In this document: positions 49,043-59,244 of the stretch, one piece after another
How positions within the stretch are numbered: position 1 is the stretch's first letter
Layout of the letters: each line of letters begins with the position of its first letter
From: Pseudomonadota bacterium
Lineage (GTDB): Bacteria > Pseudomonadota > Gammaproteobacteria > Steroidobacterales > Steroidobacteraceae
Reading direction: 5' to 3'
Assembly: GCA_021777555.1 (NCBI GenBank)
Contig: JAJYDK010000016.1
Location: 5,178 to 69,177 of the forward strand
Length of the DNA: 64,000 nucleotides
The notes under the pieces: generated by a model
Database searches by the model: none
Told to the model about the DNA's origin: nothing
Seen by the model: the letters and a program-made list of their open reading frames with translations, nothing else
Program-made: the position numbers and the translations under genes

Positions 49043-49966
49043 ATGAATCCGGCCACATTCGCCACACATCATGCGCAGGCCCTGATGGGCGCCTTGGGCC
49101 GCCTCGCGAGGGCGCCGCTCGCCACGATACTCACGCTGCTGGTCATCGGTCTCGCGCTGGCCTTGCCGGCGGCCCTGGGTCTGCTCGTGACCAACGCGGA
49201 AGTTGCCACCGGCGGCTTCAGTCAGGCCGTGGACATGTCCGTGTACCTGAAGTCGGGAGAGACCGTGCAGCAGGCGCAGCGGCTTGCCCATCGCGTGCGC
49301 ACCATGCCCGGCGTCGCGAAAGTCACGGTGATTTCCGCTGCACAGGGGCTGCGGGACTTCCGCAAGTACTCGGGATTCGGCGCGGCGCTCGATGCTCTCA
49401 CCAGCAACCCCCTGCCGAACGTGCTGCGCATCGTGCCGCGCCCGGAGGCGAGCTCGGCTGCCGATCTCGAGCGGCTGCGCAGGGACATCGGCGCGTGGCC
49501 CGAGGTGCAGGTGGTGCAGCTCGATGCGCAATGGGTGTTGCGCTTCAATGCCATGCTCGGGGTGTTGCGGCGCCTCGTGCTCACCGCGGCGGTGCTGTTC
49601 GGGGCTGGCGTGCTGGCGGTGATCGGCAACACGATCCGGCTCGAGATCCTCAACCGCCATGCCGAGATCGAGGTGACGAAGCTCGTCGGTGGCTCGAATG
49701 CCTTCGTCCGCCGGCCGTTCCTGTACACCGGGATGCTGTACGGGCTCGGCGGGGCGTTGCTCGCCTGGATGATTCTCGAGGCCGTGGTGATCGGGCTGAC
49801 CGGCCCCGTGGCGAGGCTCGCGCAGCTCTATGGCAGCGCGTTCATCCCGACGGGACTTGCCGCACGGCAGTGTGGAGTGCTGTTCGGGGGCGGGGTGGTG
49901 CTGGGATGGCTGGGGGCGTGGATTTCCGCGCACCATCATCTGCGCCGCATCGAGCCCCGGGCCTGA
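49043..49966 (+). CDS. ftsX: Cell division permease FtsX
   Basis: It has four TM helices and a periplasmic domain, and lies downstream of ftsE. Confidence 0.9.
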   Translation: MNPATFATHHAQALMGALGRLARAPLATILTLLVIGLALALPAALGLLVTNAEVATGGFSQAVDMSVYLKSGETVQQAQRLAHRVRTMPGVAKVTVISAAQGLRDFRKYSGFGAALDALTSNPLPNVLRIVPRPEASSAADLERLRRDIGAWPEVQVVQLDAQWVLRFNAMLGVLRRLVLTAAVLFGAGVLAVIGNTIRLEILNRHAEIEVTKLVGGSNAFVRRPFLYTGMLYGLGGALLAWMILEAVVIGLTGPVARLAQLYGSAFIPTGLAARQCGVLFGGGVVLGWLGAWISAHHHLRRIEPRA

Positions 49967-49999
49967 GGGTCGGCCCGAGCTTCCTTCAGCGATCGCATG

Positions 50000-50028
50000 C
50001 CGATGCCGCGCGCTGCGCGCGGCATCGG
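50000..50028. terminator. 13-bp GC hairpin between convergent ftsX and rpmG
   Basis: The sequence is ccgatgccgcgcg-ctg-cgcgcggcatcgg. There is no clear U-tract on either strand. Confidence 0.4.
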
Positions 50029-50029
50029 A

Positions 50030-50185
50030 TCACTTGATCTTGGTCTCTTTGTAGGAGACGTGCTTACGCGCCATCGGGTCGAACTTGCGCACTTCCAGCT
50101 TGTCGGGATGCAGGCGCTTGTTCTTGGTGGTCACGTAGAAGTGGCCGGTGCCGGCCGAGGAGAGCAGCTTGATCTTCTCGCGCAT
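50030..50185 (-). CDS. rpmG: 50S ribosomal protein L33
   Basis: It is not in the ORF track (51 aa). The hand translation is [51 protein letters not shown]. Confidence 0.9.
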   Translation of the reverse strand: MREKIKLLSSAGTGHFYVTTKNKRLHPDKLEVRKFDPMARKHVSYKETKIK

Positions 50186-50198
50186 GGGTGAGCTCCTG

Positions 50199-50435
50199 TC
50201 AGATCTTCATGCCCTGGGCGCGCAAGGAGGCCACGACCTGGTCGATGCCCTTCTTTTCGATCGTGCGCAGGCCATGGGCCGAGATACGCAGGCTGACCCA
50301 GCGCTTCTCGGTCTCCAGCCAGAAGCGCTGGGTGTGCAGATTGGGCAGGAAGCGGCGGCGCTTCTTGTTGTTCGCGTGAGAGACGCGATTTCCGACAGCC
50401 GGCCCCTTGCCGGTGATCTCGCAGACGCGGGACAT
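50199..50435 (-). CDS. rpmB: 50S ribosomal protein L28
   Basis: It reads [34 protein letters not shown] chose the ATG at 50435. Confidence 0.92.
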   Translation of the reverse strand: MSRVCEITGKGPAVGNRVSHANNKKRRRFLPNLHTQRFWLETEKRWVSLRISAHGLRTIEKKGIDQVVASLRAQGMKI

Positions 50436-50513
50436 ATGCAACGACCTTAAAAATCAGAGACTTGGCAAAATATCGGGCCTGGGGCGGCCTCGGCCTGCCC
50501 GCAGGAGCCGGAC

Positions 50514-50542
50514 TTTATACCAGCACCGGGGCAGCCCGGCAA
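50514..50542 (-). promoter_or_regulatory. Candidate sigma-70 promoter for rpmB-rpmG
   Basis: On the minus strand it reads TTGCCG, a 17-nt spacer, then TATAAA. The -10 hexamer ends 78 nt upstream of the rpmB ATG. Confidence 0.35.
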
Positions 50543-50570
50543 GAGACTCCCCCGTCCGGCGGGGGGGGGC

Positions 50571-51272
50571 TCACAGCAGGCCGTGCTCGGCAAAAGAATA
50601 ACACCGGCTGCCGCCGACGATGATGTGGTCCACCACCCGTACGTCCATGAGCGCGAGGCCATCCCGCAGACGGCAGGTGATCGCATCGTCGGCCGGGCTG
50701 GGCTCGATGCCGCCGGAGGGGTGATTGTGCGCCACGATCACGGCCGCGGCATTGTGCGCCAGCGCCTGGCGCAGCACCTCGCGGGGATGGACCTGTGCGC
50801 AGTCGACCGTGCCGCGGAACAGCTCTTCGAAGGCGATCAGCCGGTGGCGGATGTCGAGGTACAGGCAGCAGAACACCTCGTACGGGCGGTCGCGCAGCTG
50901 GGCGAGCAGGAATCGGTGGGTTGCCTGGGGGGTCGTCAGCGGCTGCCCGGCGCGCAGATCTTCCTGCAAGAGGCGCCGGCCGAGTTCCACCGCCGCCTGG
51001 ACGGTGGCGTAGCGGGCCGGCCCCATTCCCTTGCGCCGCCAGCGGGAGCGTTGGGCGGCGAACAGCTCGCGCAGTGAGCCGAAGTCATTGAGCAGGGCGC
51101 GGGCGAGCTCCACGGCCGAGCAGCCGGGCACCCCCGAGCCGATCAGCACCGCCAGCAGCTCCGCATCGGAAAGGGCGCGCGGGCCCCGGACCAGAAGCTT
51201 CTCGCGCGGGCGCTCCGAGAGCGCCCATTTGCGGATGGGCAGCAAGCCGGCTTCTCTGACCTGGGTCTCCAT
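50571..51272 (-). CDS. radC: RadC-family (JAB/MPN) protein
   Basis: It has PRERPREKLL-like (ERPREKLL), ELLAVLIGSG and the JAB motif HNHPSG. I chose the start at METQV (51272). Confidence 0.85.
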   Translation of the reverse strand: METQVREAGLLPIRKWALSERPREKLLVRGPRALSDAELLAVLIGSGVPGCSAVELARALLNDFGSLRELFAAQRSRWRRKGMGPARYATVQAAVELGRRLLQEDLRAGQPLTTPQATHRFLLAQLRDRPYEVFCCLYLDIRHRLIAFEELFRGTVDCAQVHPREVLRQALAHNAAAVIVAHNHPSGGIEPSPADDAITCRLRDGLALMDVRVVDHIIVGGSRCYSFAEHGLL

Positions 51273-51418
51273 CGGGGGCACTCCCAAAGGCGTGGCGGCG
51301 CATCTTGAGGCGCGCGGGGCGGGCCCGGCAGGGGGTAAATCGGGGGTGTTCATGCACAAATGCGCAGTTCCTGCGAGTCTGTTTGCGCCGGCGGGGACAG
51401 CCGCCGGATAATCGGCCG

Positions 51419-52645
51419 ATGCAAGGCAAACGTATCCTCCTCGGCGTGACCGGCGGCATCGCCGCGTACAAGAGCGCGGATCTGGTGCGGCGGCTGCGCG
51501 AGCGTGGCGCCGAGGTCCAGGTGGTCATGACCGCGGCCGCACGCGAGTTCATCGGCCCGATCACTTTCCAGGCGCTGTCCGGACGTCCCGTGAGAACCGA
51601 CCTCTGGGACAGTGCCGCCGAGGCGGCCATGGGGCACATCGAGCTCGCCCGCTGGGCAGAGCTGGTGTTGATTGCGCCCGCGAGCGCCGACTTCCTGGCG
51701 CGCCTCGCCACCGGCCAGGCGGACGATCTCCTTGCGACGTTGTGTCTCGCGACCGAAGCGCCGATCGCCGTGGCGCCGGCCATGAATCGCGTCATGTGGA
51801 ACAACGCCGCCACGGCGGCCAATATCGCCCTGTTGCGCCAGCGGGGCCTGCGGGTCTTCGGGCCCGCCCAGGGCGAGCAGGCCTGCGGGGAGATCGGCGA
51901 GGGCCGGATGCTCGAGCCGGTGGAGCTTGCCGACCGCGCCGCGGAGCTGCTGCCCTGCGACGGGCCGCTCCGGGGCCGGCGTGTGCTGATCACCGCCGGG
52001 CCGACGCGCGAGCGGATCGACCCGGTGCGCTTCATCAGCAACCGCAGCTCGGGCAAGATGGGATTTGCGCTCGCCCAGGCCGCGCGCGAATCGGGCGCCG
52101 AAGTCGTACTGATCAGTGGGCCGGTCGCGCTCGCTACGCCACCGGGTGTGCGCCGGATGGACGTGGAAAGCGCCGAGGCGATGCTCACTGCGGTGCAGCG
52201 CGAGGTCGCGCAAGCGCACATCTTCATCTCCACGGCGGCGGTGGCCGATTACCGGCCCGCCAATCCCGCCGAGCAGAAAATCAAGAAAACCTCCGACCGC
52301 CTGCACCTCGATATGGAGCGCACCACGGACGTGCTGGCGACGGTGGCCGCACGGCCCGAGCGCCCGTTCGTGGTGGGCTTCGCCGCCGAGACCGAGTCGG
52401 TTGAGCAGAACGCGCGGGCGAAGCTGCTGAAGAAGAACCTCGACATGATCGCGGCCAACGAAGTGAGCCACACCAAGGGATTCGACTGCGAAGACAACCA
52501 TCTCGTGGTCCTGTGGCGCAATGCGCGGCAGGACCTCGGCAGCGGACCGAAGCTCGCGCTGGCGCGCGCTCTGATGCGTCTGATCGCAGAGTCCTACGCC
52601 GCCTCCCTCGCCGGGGCGGGCCAGCGCGACACGGTCCACGCTTGA
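51419..52645 (+). CDS. coaBC: Bifunctional phosphopantothenoylcysteine decarboxylase / phosphopantothenate-cysteine ligase
   Basis: It starts [26 protein letters not shown] and has [28 protein letters not shown] and AAVADY. Confidence 0.95.
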   Translation: MQGKRILLGVTGGIAAYKSADLVRRLRERGAEVQVVMTAAAREFIGPITFQALSGRPVRTDLWDSAAEAAMGHIELARWAELVLIAPASADFLARLATGQADDLLATLCLATEAPIAVAPAMNRVMWNNAATAANIALLRQRGLRVFGPAQGEQACGEIGEGRMLEPVELADRAAELLPCDGPLRGRRVLITAGPTRERIDPVRFISNRSSGKMGFALAQAARESGAEVVLISGPVALATPPGVRRMDVESAEAMLTAVQREVAQAHIFISTAAVADYRPANPAEQKIKKTSDRLHLDMERTTDVLATVAARPERPFVVGFAAETESVEQNARAKLLKKNLDMIAANEVSHTKGFDCEDNHLVVLWRNARQDLGSGPKLALARALMRLIAESYAASLAGAGQRDTVHA

Positions 52646-53118
52646 GCGCCGCATCCGCCACGGCGCGGCCGCTCAAGGTCAGGATCCTCGATCCGCGGCT
52701 CGGCCGGGAATTTCCGCTCCCCTCGTATGCGACCGCCGGCTCGGCGGGGATGGATTTGCGCGCCTGTCTCGACGGGCCGCTCACCCTGGCGCCCGGCCGC
52801 GCCGAGCTCATCCCCACCGGCATGGCGATCCATGTCGAGGATCCGGGCCTCGCGGCCGTCATCCTGCCGCGCTCGGGCCTCGGCCACAAACACGGGATCG
52901 TGCTCGGCAACCTCGTCGGCCTCATCGACTCGGACTACCAGGGCCAGCTCATGGTCTCCTGCTGGAACCGCGCCCAGGAGCCCTTCGTGATCCACCCGGG
53001 CGAGCGCATCGCGCAACTCGTCGTGGTGCCGGTCGTGCAGGTGGCGCTCGAGGTGGTGGAATCGTTCGAAGAGAGTCGCCGCGGCGCCGGCGGCTTCGGG
53101 CACTCCGGCCGGCACTGA
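52642..53118 (+). CDS. dut: dUTP diphosphatase
   Basis: It has [37 protein letters not shown] and [10 protein letters not shown]. No ATG is available, and the TTG at 52642 overlaps the coaBC stop. Confidence 0.9.
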   Translation: MSAASATARPLKVRILDPRLGREFPLPSYATAGSAGMDLRACLDGPLTLAPGRAELIPTGMAIHVEDPGLAAVILPRSGLGHKHGIVLGNLVGLIDSDYQGQLMVSCWNRAQEPFVIHPGERIAQLVVVPVVQVALEVVESFEESRRGAGGFGHSGRH

Positions 53119-53122
53119 GCGC

Positions 53123-54703
53123 TCAGGCGGCGAGCATCCAGAGGCCGAAATCGGCCGTGCCGAGCAGCGTGCGGAAACCCTCCGGCATGCCCTCATGCAG
53201 CACGGACTTGAGCAGGCCGTGCACACCGAGCGAGCCGAGCTCACGCCACATGTCATCCGTCAGCGGCGAGGCCGCCGCCTGCATGGTAAGCGCGAGCAGA
53301 TAGATCAGGATCAGATGGTTGTACGCCGTCGTCAGGTCGAAGGGATAGGAGTACACCTTGCAATACAGCGTATTGCGCAGGATCTGCATCAGGATGGGCG
53401 CTTCGCGCATCTCCAGCGCGGCGAGCTGCGGTGGGATCTCGCGCGGTAGAGCGCGCAACACCGCGCGGTCCCAGCCGATGATGCGCGCCAGCATGCCGTG
53501 AATGGCCGTCCGCATCTCCGTGGAGACCGTCGCCGGAGGTTCCGCCGCCCAGGCGCCCGGTTGAATCGGCTCGCCGTTGCGAAGCGCGCCGAGCAGCCGT
53601 GCGCCGACATGCAGCCGCCGACGCACCGGCAGGTCGGCGGCGAGGAGACAGTCGCACAGTCCCTGTTCGATCTCGCGAAAGCGTGACCAGGGGATTTCGA
53701 GTCCGGGCGACAGCCGATACGCTTCGGTCGAGCGAGGCAGCGCATGCGCCAGGCGCTCCCGCAGGTCCTGAAGCCGCTCCCGCGGGCTGATGCCGAGCCC
53801 GAGCCGCGCACTGGCGCACACCGGACTCAGGCCGACCGCGATGCCCTCCGGGGTTCGCGCAAACGAGAACGGGAAGACACAACACGGGCCAAAGGGCTGC
53901 CGGCCGAGCGTCTGGTGAATCAGGCACTGGCCGTGGGAGCCGAGGAAGCGACAGCTCTCATCCGGTCGCTTCAATTGCAGCTTGCCATCGGGGCGAGGCG
54001 AGAGCCGCGTTCCGGAGAGCCGAGGCTCGATCCTCTGCCAGGGCATGGCGTCGATGAGCCACTGCGCCTCGGCCGGCAGCGTGATTTCATAGTCGTGTCT
54101 GCAGCACGCCGTGCTCATCCGGCAGCTGAAGCGCGTATCCGGCAGTGTCTGGAACTCGACCGCGGTCGGATATTGCCGGAAATAGCCGGCATCGAGCAGG
54201 GCCCGCGGCGTTGCCGGATCGGTTGTGCGCATCCAGGGATAGTCGGCGAGCGACTGCAGGAGACCCTCGCGAAATGTCCACGGCTCACGCTTCCCGGCCG
54301 GTGCGCACCAGACGATCCGCTGCGCGCCGCCGATCGTGCGGGTGCCGAGCGCAACCACCAGTGAGCGCCGCGAGCGGTGCTCCGTCACCTCAAACCACGC
54401 TACGGCCTGCGGATCGACCGGATCGACGATGACGTGCCGTAACCGCGGATTCAAGAAGAGCGGCAGCCGCTCAGCGCCCTCGAGGCAGATCTCGCGATGA
54501 CGCCGGGCAAAGGCTGCCGGAGCGATGTTCTGCGCCGGCGCGATCCCCTGCGCATCGCGCAACGGCGCATCGGCGCTATGCATCCGGTAAAGCGCGCCCC
54601 CGCCCTGCGGGTCGCAGAGCGCCTCGAGGAAGGCTGAAAACAACTCGGGCAGCTGCGCGCCAGGGTCACGGAGTGGTGCATCGCCGCTGGTTGGGGAGCT
54701 CAT
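53123..54703 (-). CDS. Hypothetical protein with a FliB/YkgJ-like cysteine-cluster domain
   Basis: The central FSCRMSTACCRHDYEITL ... CRFLGSHGQCLIH ... CCVFPF resembles the Cys cluster of flagellin lysine-N-methylase / UPF0153 proteins. The N-terminal ~200 aa and the C-terminal half are unassigned. Confidence 0.5.
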   Translation of the reverse strand: MSSPTSGDAPLRDPGAQLPELFSAFLEALCDPQGGGALYRMHSADAPLRDAQGIAPAQNIAPAAFARRHREICLEGAERLPLFLNPRLRHVIVDPVDPQAVAWFEVTEHRSRRSLVVALGTRTIGGAQRIVWCAPAGKREPWTFREGLLQSLADYPWMRTTDPATPRALLDAGYFRQYPTAVEFQTLPDTRFSCRMSTACCRHDYEITLPAEAQWLIDAMPWQRIEPRLSGTRLSPRPDGKLQLKRPDESCRFLGSHGQCLIHQTLGRQPFGPCCVFPFSFARTPEGIAVGLSPVCASARLGLGISPRERLQDLRERLAHALPRSTEAYRLSPGLEIPWSRFREIEQGLCDCLLAADLPVRRRLHVGARLLGALRNGEPIQPGAWAAEPPATVSTEMRTAIHGMLARIIGWDRAVLRALPREIPPQLAALEMREAPILMQILRNTLYCKVYSYPFDLTTAYNHLILIYLLALTMQAAASPLTDDMWRELGSLGVHGLLKSVLHEGMPEGFRTLLGTADFGLWMLAA

Positions 54704-55098
54704 TCGGCAAGCGTAACGGCTAAGGATCGCACGCGGCAATCGGCGCGCGGGGTCATGGCCGGGCCGGCGCGACGCCCTGGCGCCCGCGGAATAAGGCGCG
54801 CATCCAGGGGATGAGGCTCTGCGCTCTCGTCGGGGGATGCGCCCTGCGGGTCCCCGACAGTCTCAGTCCGGTGCGCAGCCCGCTTGCCGAGGTGAAGCCG
54901 GTTGGCAATTATCCCGCGCGCATGCGCGGAGTGCTGTCAGGAACCGCGTCCGTGAGGGTGCCCGGCGATGGTGCGTACGCGGCCTCCTAACCGGCAATGG
55001 CGACGCAACCGCGCTCGCTCGATCTATCGGCAGACCGGAATCCGGTGGCTAGTACAGCGCGCGCTGCGCGCCGAGCCCTCACCCGATACCATACTGAC

Positions 55099-56682
55099 AT
55101 GGCGCTCTTCGAAGTCACCGTCGCACTGCTGCTCATCGGCGCCGTGCTCGCGCTCTGGGCGGATCGGATCGGCGTGCCGTACCCGGCGCTGCTCGCGCTC
55201 GCGGGGGCCGCTCTCGCGCTGATCCCCGGCGCGCCCCACGTCACCCTCGATCCGGAGCTCGCGCTCGCGCTGTTCGTCGCACCGGCTCTGCTCGATGCCG
55301 CCTACGACGCTTCCCCCCGCGACCTTCGCCGGAATCTGCTGCCCGTGAGCAGCCTCGCCGTGATCGCGGTTCTCTTGACTGTCGCCGCGGTCGCCTTCGT
55401 CGTGCGTCGTATGGTGCCCGGTGTCGGCTGGGCCGCCGCGATCACGTTGGGGGCCATCGTCGCGCCCCCCGACGCATCGGCCGCCACCGCAGTGCTGCGC
55501 AGACTGCGGCCACCGCACCGGCTGCTGGTCGTACTCCAGGGTGAGAGCCTGTTCAATGACGCGACGGCGCTCTTCATCTACCGCCTGGCGGTCGGAGCAG
55601 CCGTGGGTGCGAGCGTCTACGGCTGGAGAGTGCTGCCCATGCTTCTCCTGTCCTCCGTGGGCAGCGTCGCCGCCGGCATCGTGCTGGCGAAGGCGTACGT
55701 GAACCTCACTTTGCGGGTCGCGGACGTCCCGATCTCCATCCTTCTGCAGTTCATCGGCACGTTCGCGGTCTGGCTGCTCGCCGATCGTGTGGGGCTGTCG
55801 CCGATCCTCACCATGATCGGCTACGCGATGACCCTCGCGCGCGTGGCGCCCGGGCGGGTGGGCGCGCGGCGGCGCATCGCTTCGTACGCCGTATGGGAAG
55901 TGGTCGTCTTCGTGCTCAACGTTCTGGCGTTCGTGCTGATCGGACTGCAACTGCGCGTCATCGCGATGCGGGTGCAGCCGCAGGAATGGCCGCTGTTCGT
56001 CTCGACCGCGGTGGCCGTGTGCGGCACCGTCATCGTGGTGCGGATCGCGTGGGTGCTGTTGCACGGTCTCGGTGCGCGTTGGTGGTCCCGGCGGCCGAAT
56101 GATCCGCGGCCTTCGGTCCGCAGCGGCATCCTCGTCTCCTGGTCCGGGATGCGTGGCATCGTGACGCTCGCCACTGCGCTGGCCCTCCCGGGCGCCGCCA
56201 CGGGCAGTGCGTTTCCGCATCGTGACCTCGTCGTGTTCTGTGCCTTCGCGGTGGTGCTCTTTACCCTCATCGCCCAGGGATCGACACTCCGGCCGCTCAT
56301 GCGCTGGCTCGATCTGAAGGACGACGGCTCGGTCGAGCGCGAGACGATGCTCGCGCGCGCCGAGACCGCGCGCGCGGCGATCACGATGTTGCGCGAACGG
56401 TCCAATGAGCCCATTGCAATGGCGCTGAGTCGGGAATACGAGGCGCGTCTGCTCGCCGGTGAGCGCGGACTGCCCGTCGAGACGACAAGCGAGAGCGCCG
56501 GGGCGCTCGCCGAGCTGCAGCGCGCTGCCGTCGACGCCCAGCGCGCGCGGCTGATCGACCTGAGGGCCCGTGATGTGATTGGCGACGACGCCTTTCATCT
56601 GCTCGAGGAAGAGATCGATCTGCTCGAGCTCTCCGCGGATGCCCGGGTGCGGCCCTGGACGGGCGAGCCTGAGGCCGTCTGA
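55099..56682 (+). CDS. Na+/H+ antiporter (CPA1 family)
   Basis: It has about 11-12 TM helices, the ESLFNDA motif, and a cytoplasmic C-terminal tail. I chose the ATG at 55099. Confidence 0.85.
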   Translation: MALFEVTVALLLIGAVLALWADRIGVPYPALLALAGAALALIPGAPHVTLDPELALALFVAPALLDAAYDASPRDLRRNLLPVSSLAVIAVLLTVAAVAFVVRRMVPGVGWAAAITLGAIVAPPDASAATAVLRRLRPPHRLLVVLQGESLFNDATALFIYRLAVGAAVGASVYGWRVLPMLLLSSVGSVAAGIVLAKAYVNLTLRVADVPISILLQFIGTFAVWLLADRVGLSPILTMIGYAMTLARVAPGRVGARRRIASYAVWEVVVFVLNVLAFVLIGLQLRVIAMRVQPQEWPLFVSTAVAVCGTVIVVRIAWVLLHGLGARWWSRRPNDPRPSVRSGILVSWSGMRGIVTLATALALPGAATGSAFPHRDLVVFCAFAVVLFTLIAQGSTLRPLMRWLDLKDDGSVERETMLARAETARAAITMLRERSNEPIAMALSREYEARLLAGERGLPVETTSESAGALAELQRAAVDAQRARLIDLRARDVIGDDAFHLLEEEIDLLELSADARVRPWTGEPEAV

Positions 56683-56728
56683 TCGCCCCCGGGTGCGGCG
56701 GGCTCGAGCCGCCGCCGGGGAAAAGCCG

Positions 56729-57436
56729 CTACCAGGGAACGGTCCGGCCGAGATAGTCGAGGTAGCGCAGGCCGGGAGTACCGTGCGCGGCGAGCAGCGT
56801 GCCGACGACACCCGGAACGCTCTCCTCGATGGTCAAGCGCGCATCCGGACCGCCCAGGTCGGTGCGAACCCATCCGGGCGCCATCAACACCATCGCTCGT
56901 CCGTGGGCGCCGTGGCGGGCCGCGAAACTTCGCATGAACATGTTCAGCGCGGCTTTGCTGCCACGATACACTTCCCGCTGCCCGCTCGTGTTATTCGAGA
57001 CGCTCCCCTGCCCGGATGACATCACTCCGATCGTCCCGTCCCCAGCCACGAGTGGATGGAGGGTCTCCACCACGCGCATCGGGCTCAGCGCATTGGTAAC
57101 CATGACGCGGATGAACTCCTCCGTCGACACCTCGCCGATGGTCTCCTTCGGGTCATTCGTGACGCCGGCGTTCACGAACAACATGTCGAAGGTCCGATCC
57201 GCCACTCGAGCACGCAGCGCGGCAATCTGCTCCTGCATGGTGATGTCGAGGCTCTCGATCGCCAGCCGGCCCGCAGAACGCTCGGCCAGCTCGTGCAGGC
57301 GGGTGCGCGCCGACCCCCTGACTGTGCCCACCACATTCCAGTCGCGATTCAGGAATTCCGCGGCCATCGCGTAGCCGAGTCCGCGCGAGGCGCCGATGAG
57401 CAATACGGTCTTGCGCAAGGAGGATTCAGGAGTCAT
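56729..57436 (-). CDS. Short-chain dehydrogenase/reductase
   Basis: It has the cofactor motif IGASRGLG, an NAG segment and the catalytic Y..SK (YRGSKAAL). An alternative start is at 57448. Confidence 0.85.
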   Translation of the reverse strand: MTPESSLRKTVLLIGASRGLGYAMAAEFLNRDWNVVGTVRGSARTRLHELAERSAGRLAIESLDITMQEQIAALRARVADRTFDMLFVNAGVTNDPKETIGEVSTEEFIRVMVTNALSPMRVVETLHPLVAGDGTIGVMSSGQGSVSNNTSGQREVYRGSKAALNMFMRSFAARHGAHGRAMVLMAPGWVRTDLGGPDARLTIEESVPGVVGTLLAAHGTPGLRYLDYLGRTVPW

Positions 57437-57600
57437 CAGGTTTTCCATTGCAGTGTCAAGGCGGAACAGATTCCGCTCGTGCTCGGGTCGCCGGACAGCG
57501 CCGCCGCTGTTCGATTTCCCGCACGGCCCGTGCGGACTGCACCCCATTATCGCGCGTTCGGACAGCCGCTAGAGTACGGTCGATGCAAAGGAGTCTGACC

Positions 57601-58479
57601 ATGTCCCCTGGCAAGTCCGATACGTTCCCCCTCGGCGCCCGCGCGGCCCGGCGGCTCGGCTATGGCGCAATGCAGCTCGCCGGCCCCGGCGTCTTCGGTC
57701 CGCCGAGGGATCCGGATGCGGCGATCGCCGTATTGCGAGAAGCGCTCGCACGCGGAGTGAATCACATCGATACCAGTGACTTCTATGGTCCGCGTGTCAC
57801 CAATCAGCTGATTCGCAAGGCCCTGAGCCCTTATCCCGATGACCTGATCATCGTGACCAAGATCGGCGCCAGACGAGGCCCGGACGCATCATGGCTGCCG
57901 GCCTTCTCCGCGCAGGAGCTGACCCAAGCCGTACACGACAATCTGCGTAACCTCGGCGTGGAGGTGCTCGAGGTGGTCAACCTGCGCAGCATGTTCGGCA
58001 TACACGGGCCGGCCGAAGGTTCGATCGAGGCGCCGCTCAGCGTGCTGGCCGATCTGCAGCGCCAGGGACTGGTGCGTCATATCGGTTTGAGCAACGTGAC
58101 GCCCGCTCAGATCGAGGAAGGGCGGCGGATCTGCGACATCGTCTGCGTGCAGAATCACTACAACCTGGCGAACCGCGAGGACGATGCCCTGATCGATGAC
58201 CTTGCCCGCGCCGGCATCGCCTACGTACCGTTCTTCCCGCTGGGAGGCTTCACCCCGCTGCAGTCGTCCACCTTGTCCGAGGTGGCGAGGGGCCTCGGGG
58301 CTACTCCAATGCAGGTTGCGCTGGCCTGGCTGCTGCGCCGCGCACCGAACATTCTTCTGATTCCCGGCACTTCCTCCCTCGCGCATCTGCGCGAGAACCT
58401 CGCCGTTGCCGAATTGAATCTGACCGAGGACGCCGTCACGGCATTGGATGGGGTCTGGGCGCGCAGGGGATCGGCCTGA
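57601..58479 (+). CDS. Aldo/keto reductase
   Basis: AKR signatures are present: GYGAMQL, HIDTSDFYG and LIPGTSSLAHLREN. The ATG at 57601 follows AAAGGAG. Confidence 0.88.
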   Translation: MSPGKSDTFPLGARAARRLGYGAMQLAGPGVFGPPRDPDAAIAVLREALARGVNHIDTSDFYGPRVTNQLIRKALSPYPDDLIIVTKIGARRGPDASWLPAFSAQELTQAVHDNLRNLGVEVLEVVNLRSMFGIHGPAEGSIEAPLSVLADLQRQGLVRHIGLSNVTPAQIEEGRRICDIVCVQNHYNLANREDDALIDDLARAGIAYVPFFPLGGFTPLQSSTLSEVARGLGATPMQVALAWLLRRAPNILLIPGTSSLAHLRENLAVAELNLTEDAVTALDGVWARRGSA

Positions 58480-58616
58480 AGGGGCCGCGACCATCGCCTC
58501 CATCACCTCTCAGAGTGCTCGGCTCCCACGGTGAGCGCCCCAGGAAGGGTCGCCGGCCCGGCCGGCGATCCCTGACCTCGGCGAGATCAGGCCGCGGCGG
58601 GCAAGGAGCGTGCGCG

Positions 58617-59105
58617 CTATGAGTGAGCCGTTGCGCGCCTTGCCGCCTCAATCGCAGCGATGTCGATTTTGCTCATGGTCATCATCGCCTCGAACGCGCG
58701 TTTGGCGGCCGCCCGGTCAGGATCGGCGATTGCTTCGAGCAGCATGCGCGGGGTGATCTGCCAGGACACGCCCCATTTGTCCTTGCACCACCCGCAGGCA
58801 CTCGCAGCGCCTCCGTTGTGGATGATGGCGTCCCAGTAGCGATCGGTTTCGGCCTGGCTCTCGGTGATGATCTGGAACGAAAAGGCTTCGGTGTGCTTGA
58901 AGGCCGGGCCGCCGTTCAGGCCGAGGCAGGGCACGCCCGCCACCGTAAACTCCACCGTGAGCACCTGCCCCTGCCTGCCGCTCGGGTAATCGCCGGGGGC
59001 AAGATGGATGGCCGTCACTGCGCTGTCCGGGAAGGTGCGCGCGTAAAATCCTGCGGCTTCCTCCGCCGTGCCGTCGTACCAGAGACAAATCACGTTTCGG
59101 GTCAT
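58617..59105 (-). CDS. VOC-family protein (PhnB / 3-demethylubiquinone methyltransferase-like fold)
   Basis: It has ICLWYDG.AEEAA.FY...F, LNGGP and CGWCKDKWGVSWQI. Confidence 0.8.
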   Translation of the reverse strand: MTRNVICLWYDGTAEEAAGFYARTFPDSAVTAIHLAPGDYPSGRQGQVLTVEFTVAGVPCLGLNGGPAFKHTEAFSFQIITESQAETDRYWDAIIHNGGAASACGWCKDKWGVSWQITPRMLLEAIADPDRAAAKRAFEAMMTMSKIDIAAIEAARRATAHS

Positions 59106-59244
59106 CGTTTGTCCTCCTCTGGTCGTGAGTTGCGTGACCGTAGCGCCGCGGTATCCGGGCCGTCAATCGCATCTCGGGGTCCAAGGCAGACTCAACCCCG
59201 ACCACGCGTGAGGGAGTGACACTCCGCGCCGGGTCTTCGGCGGA

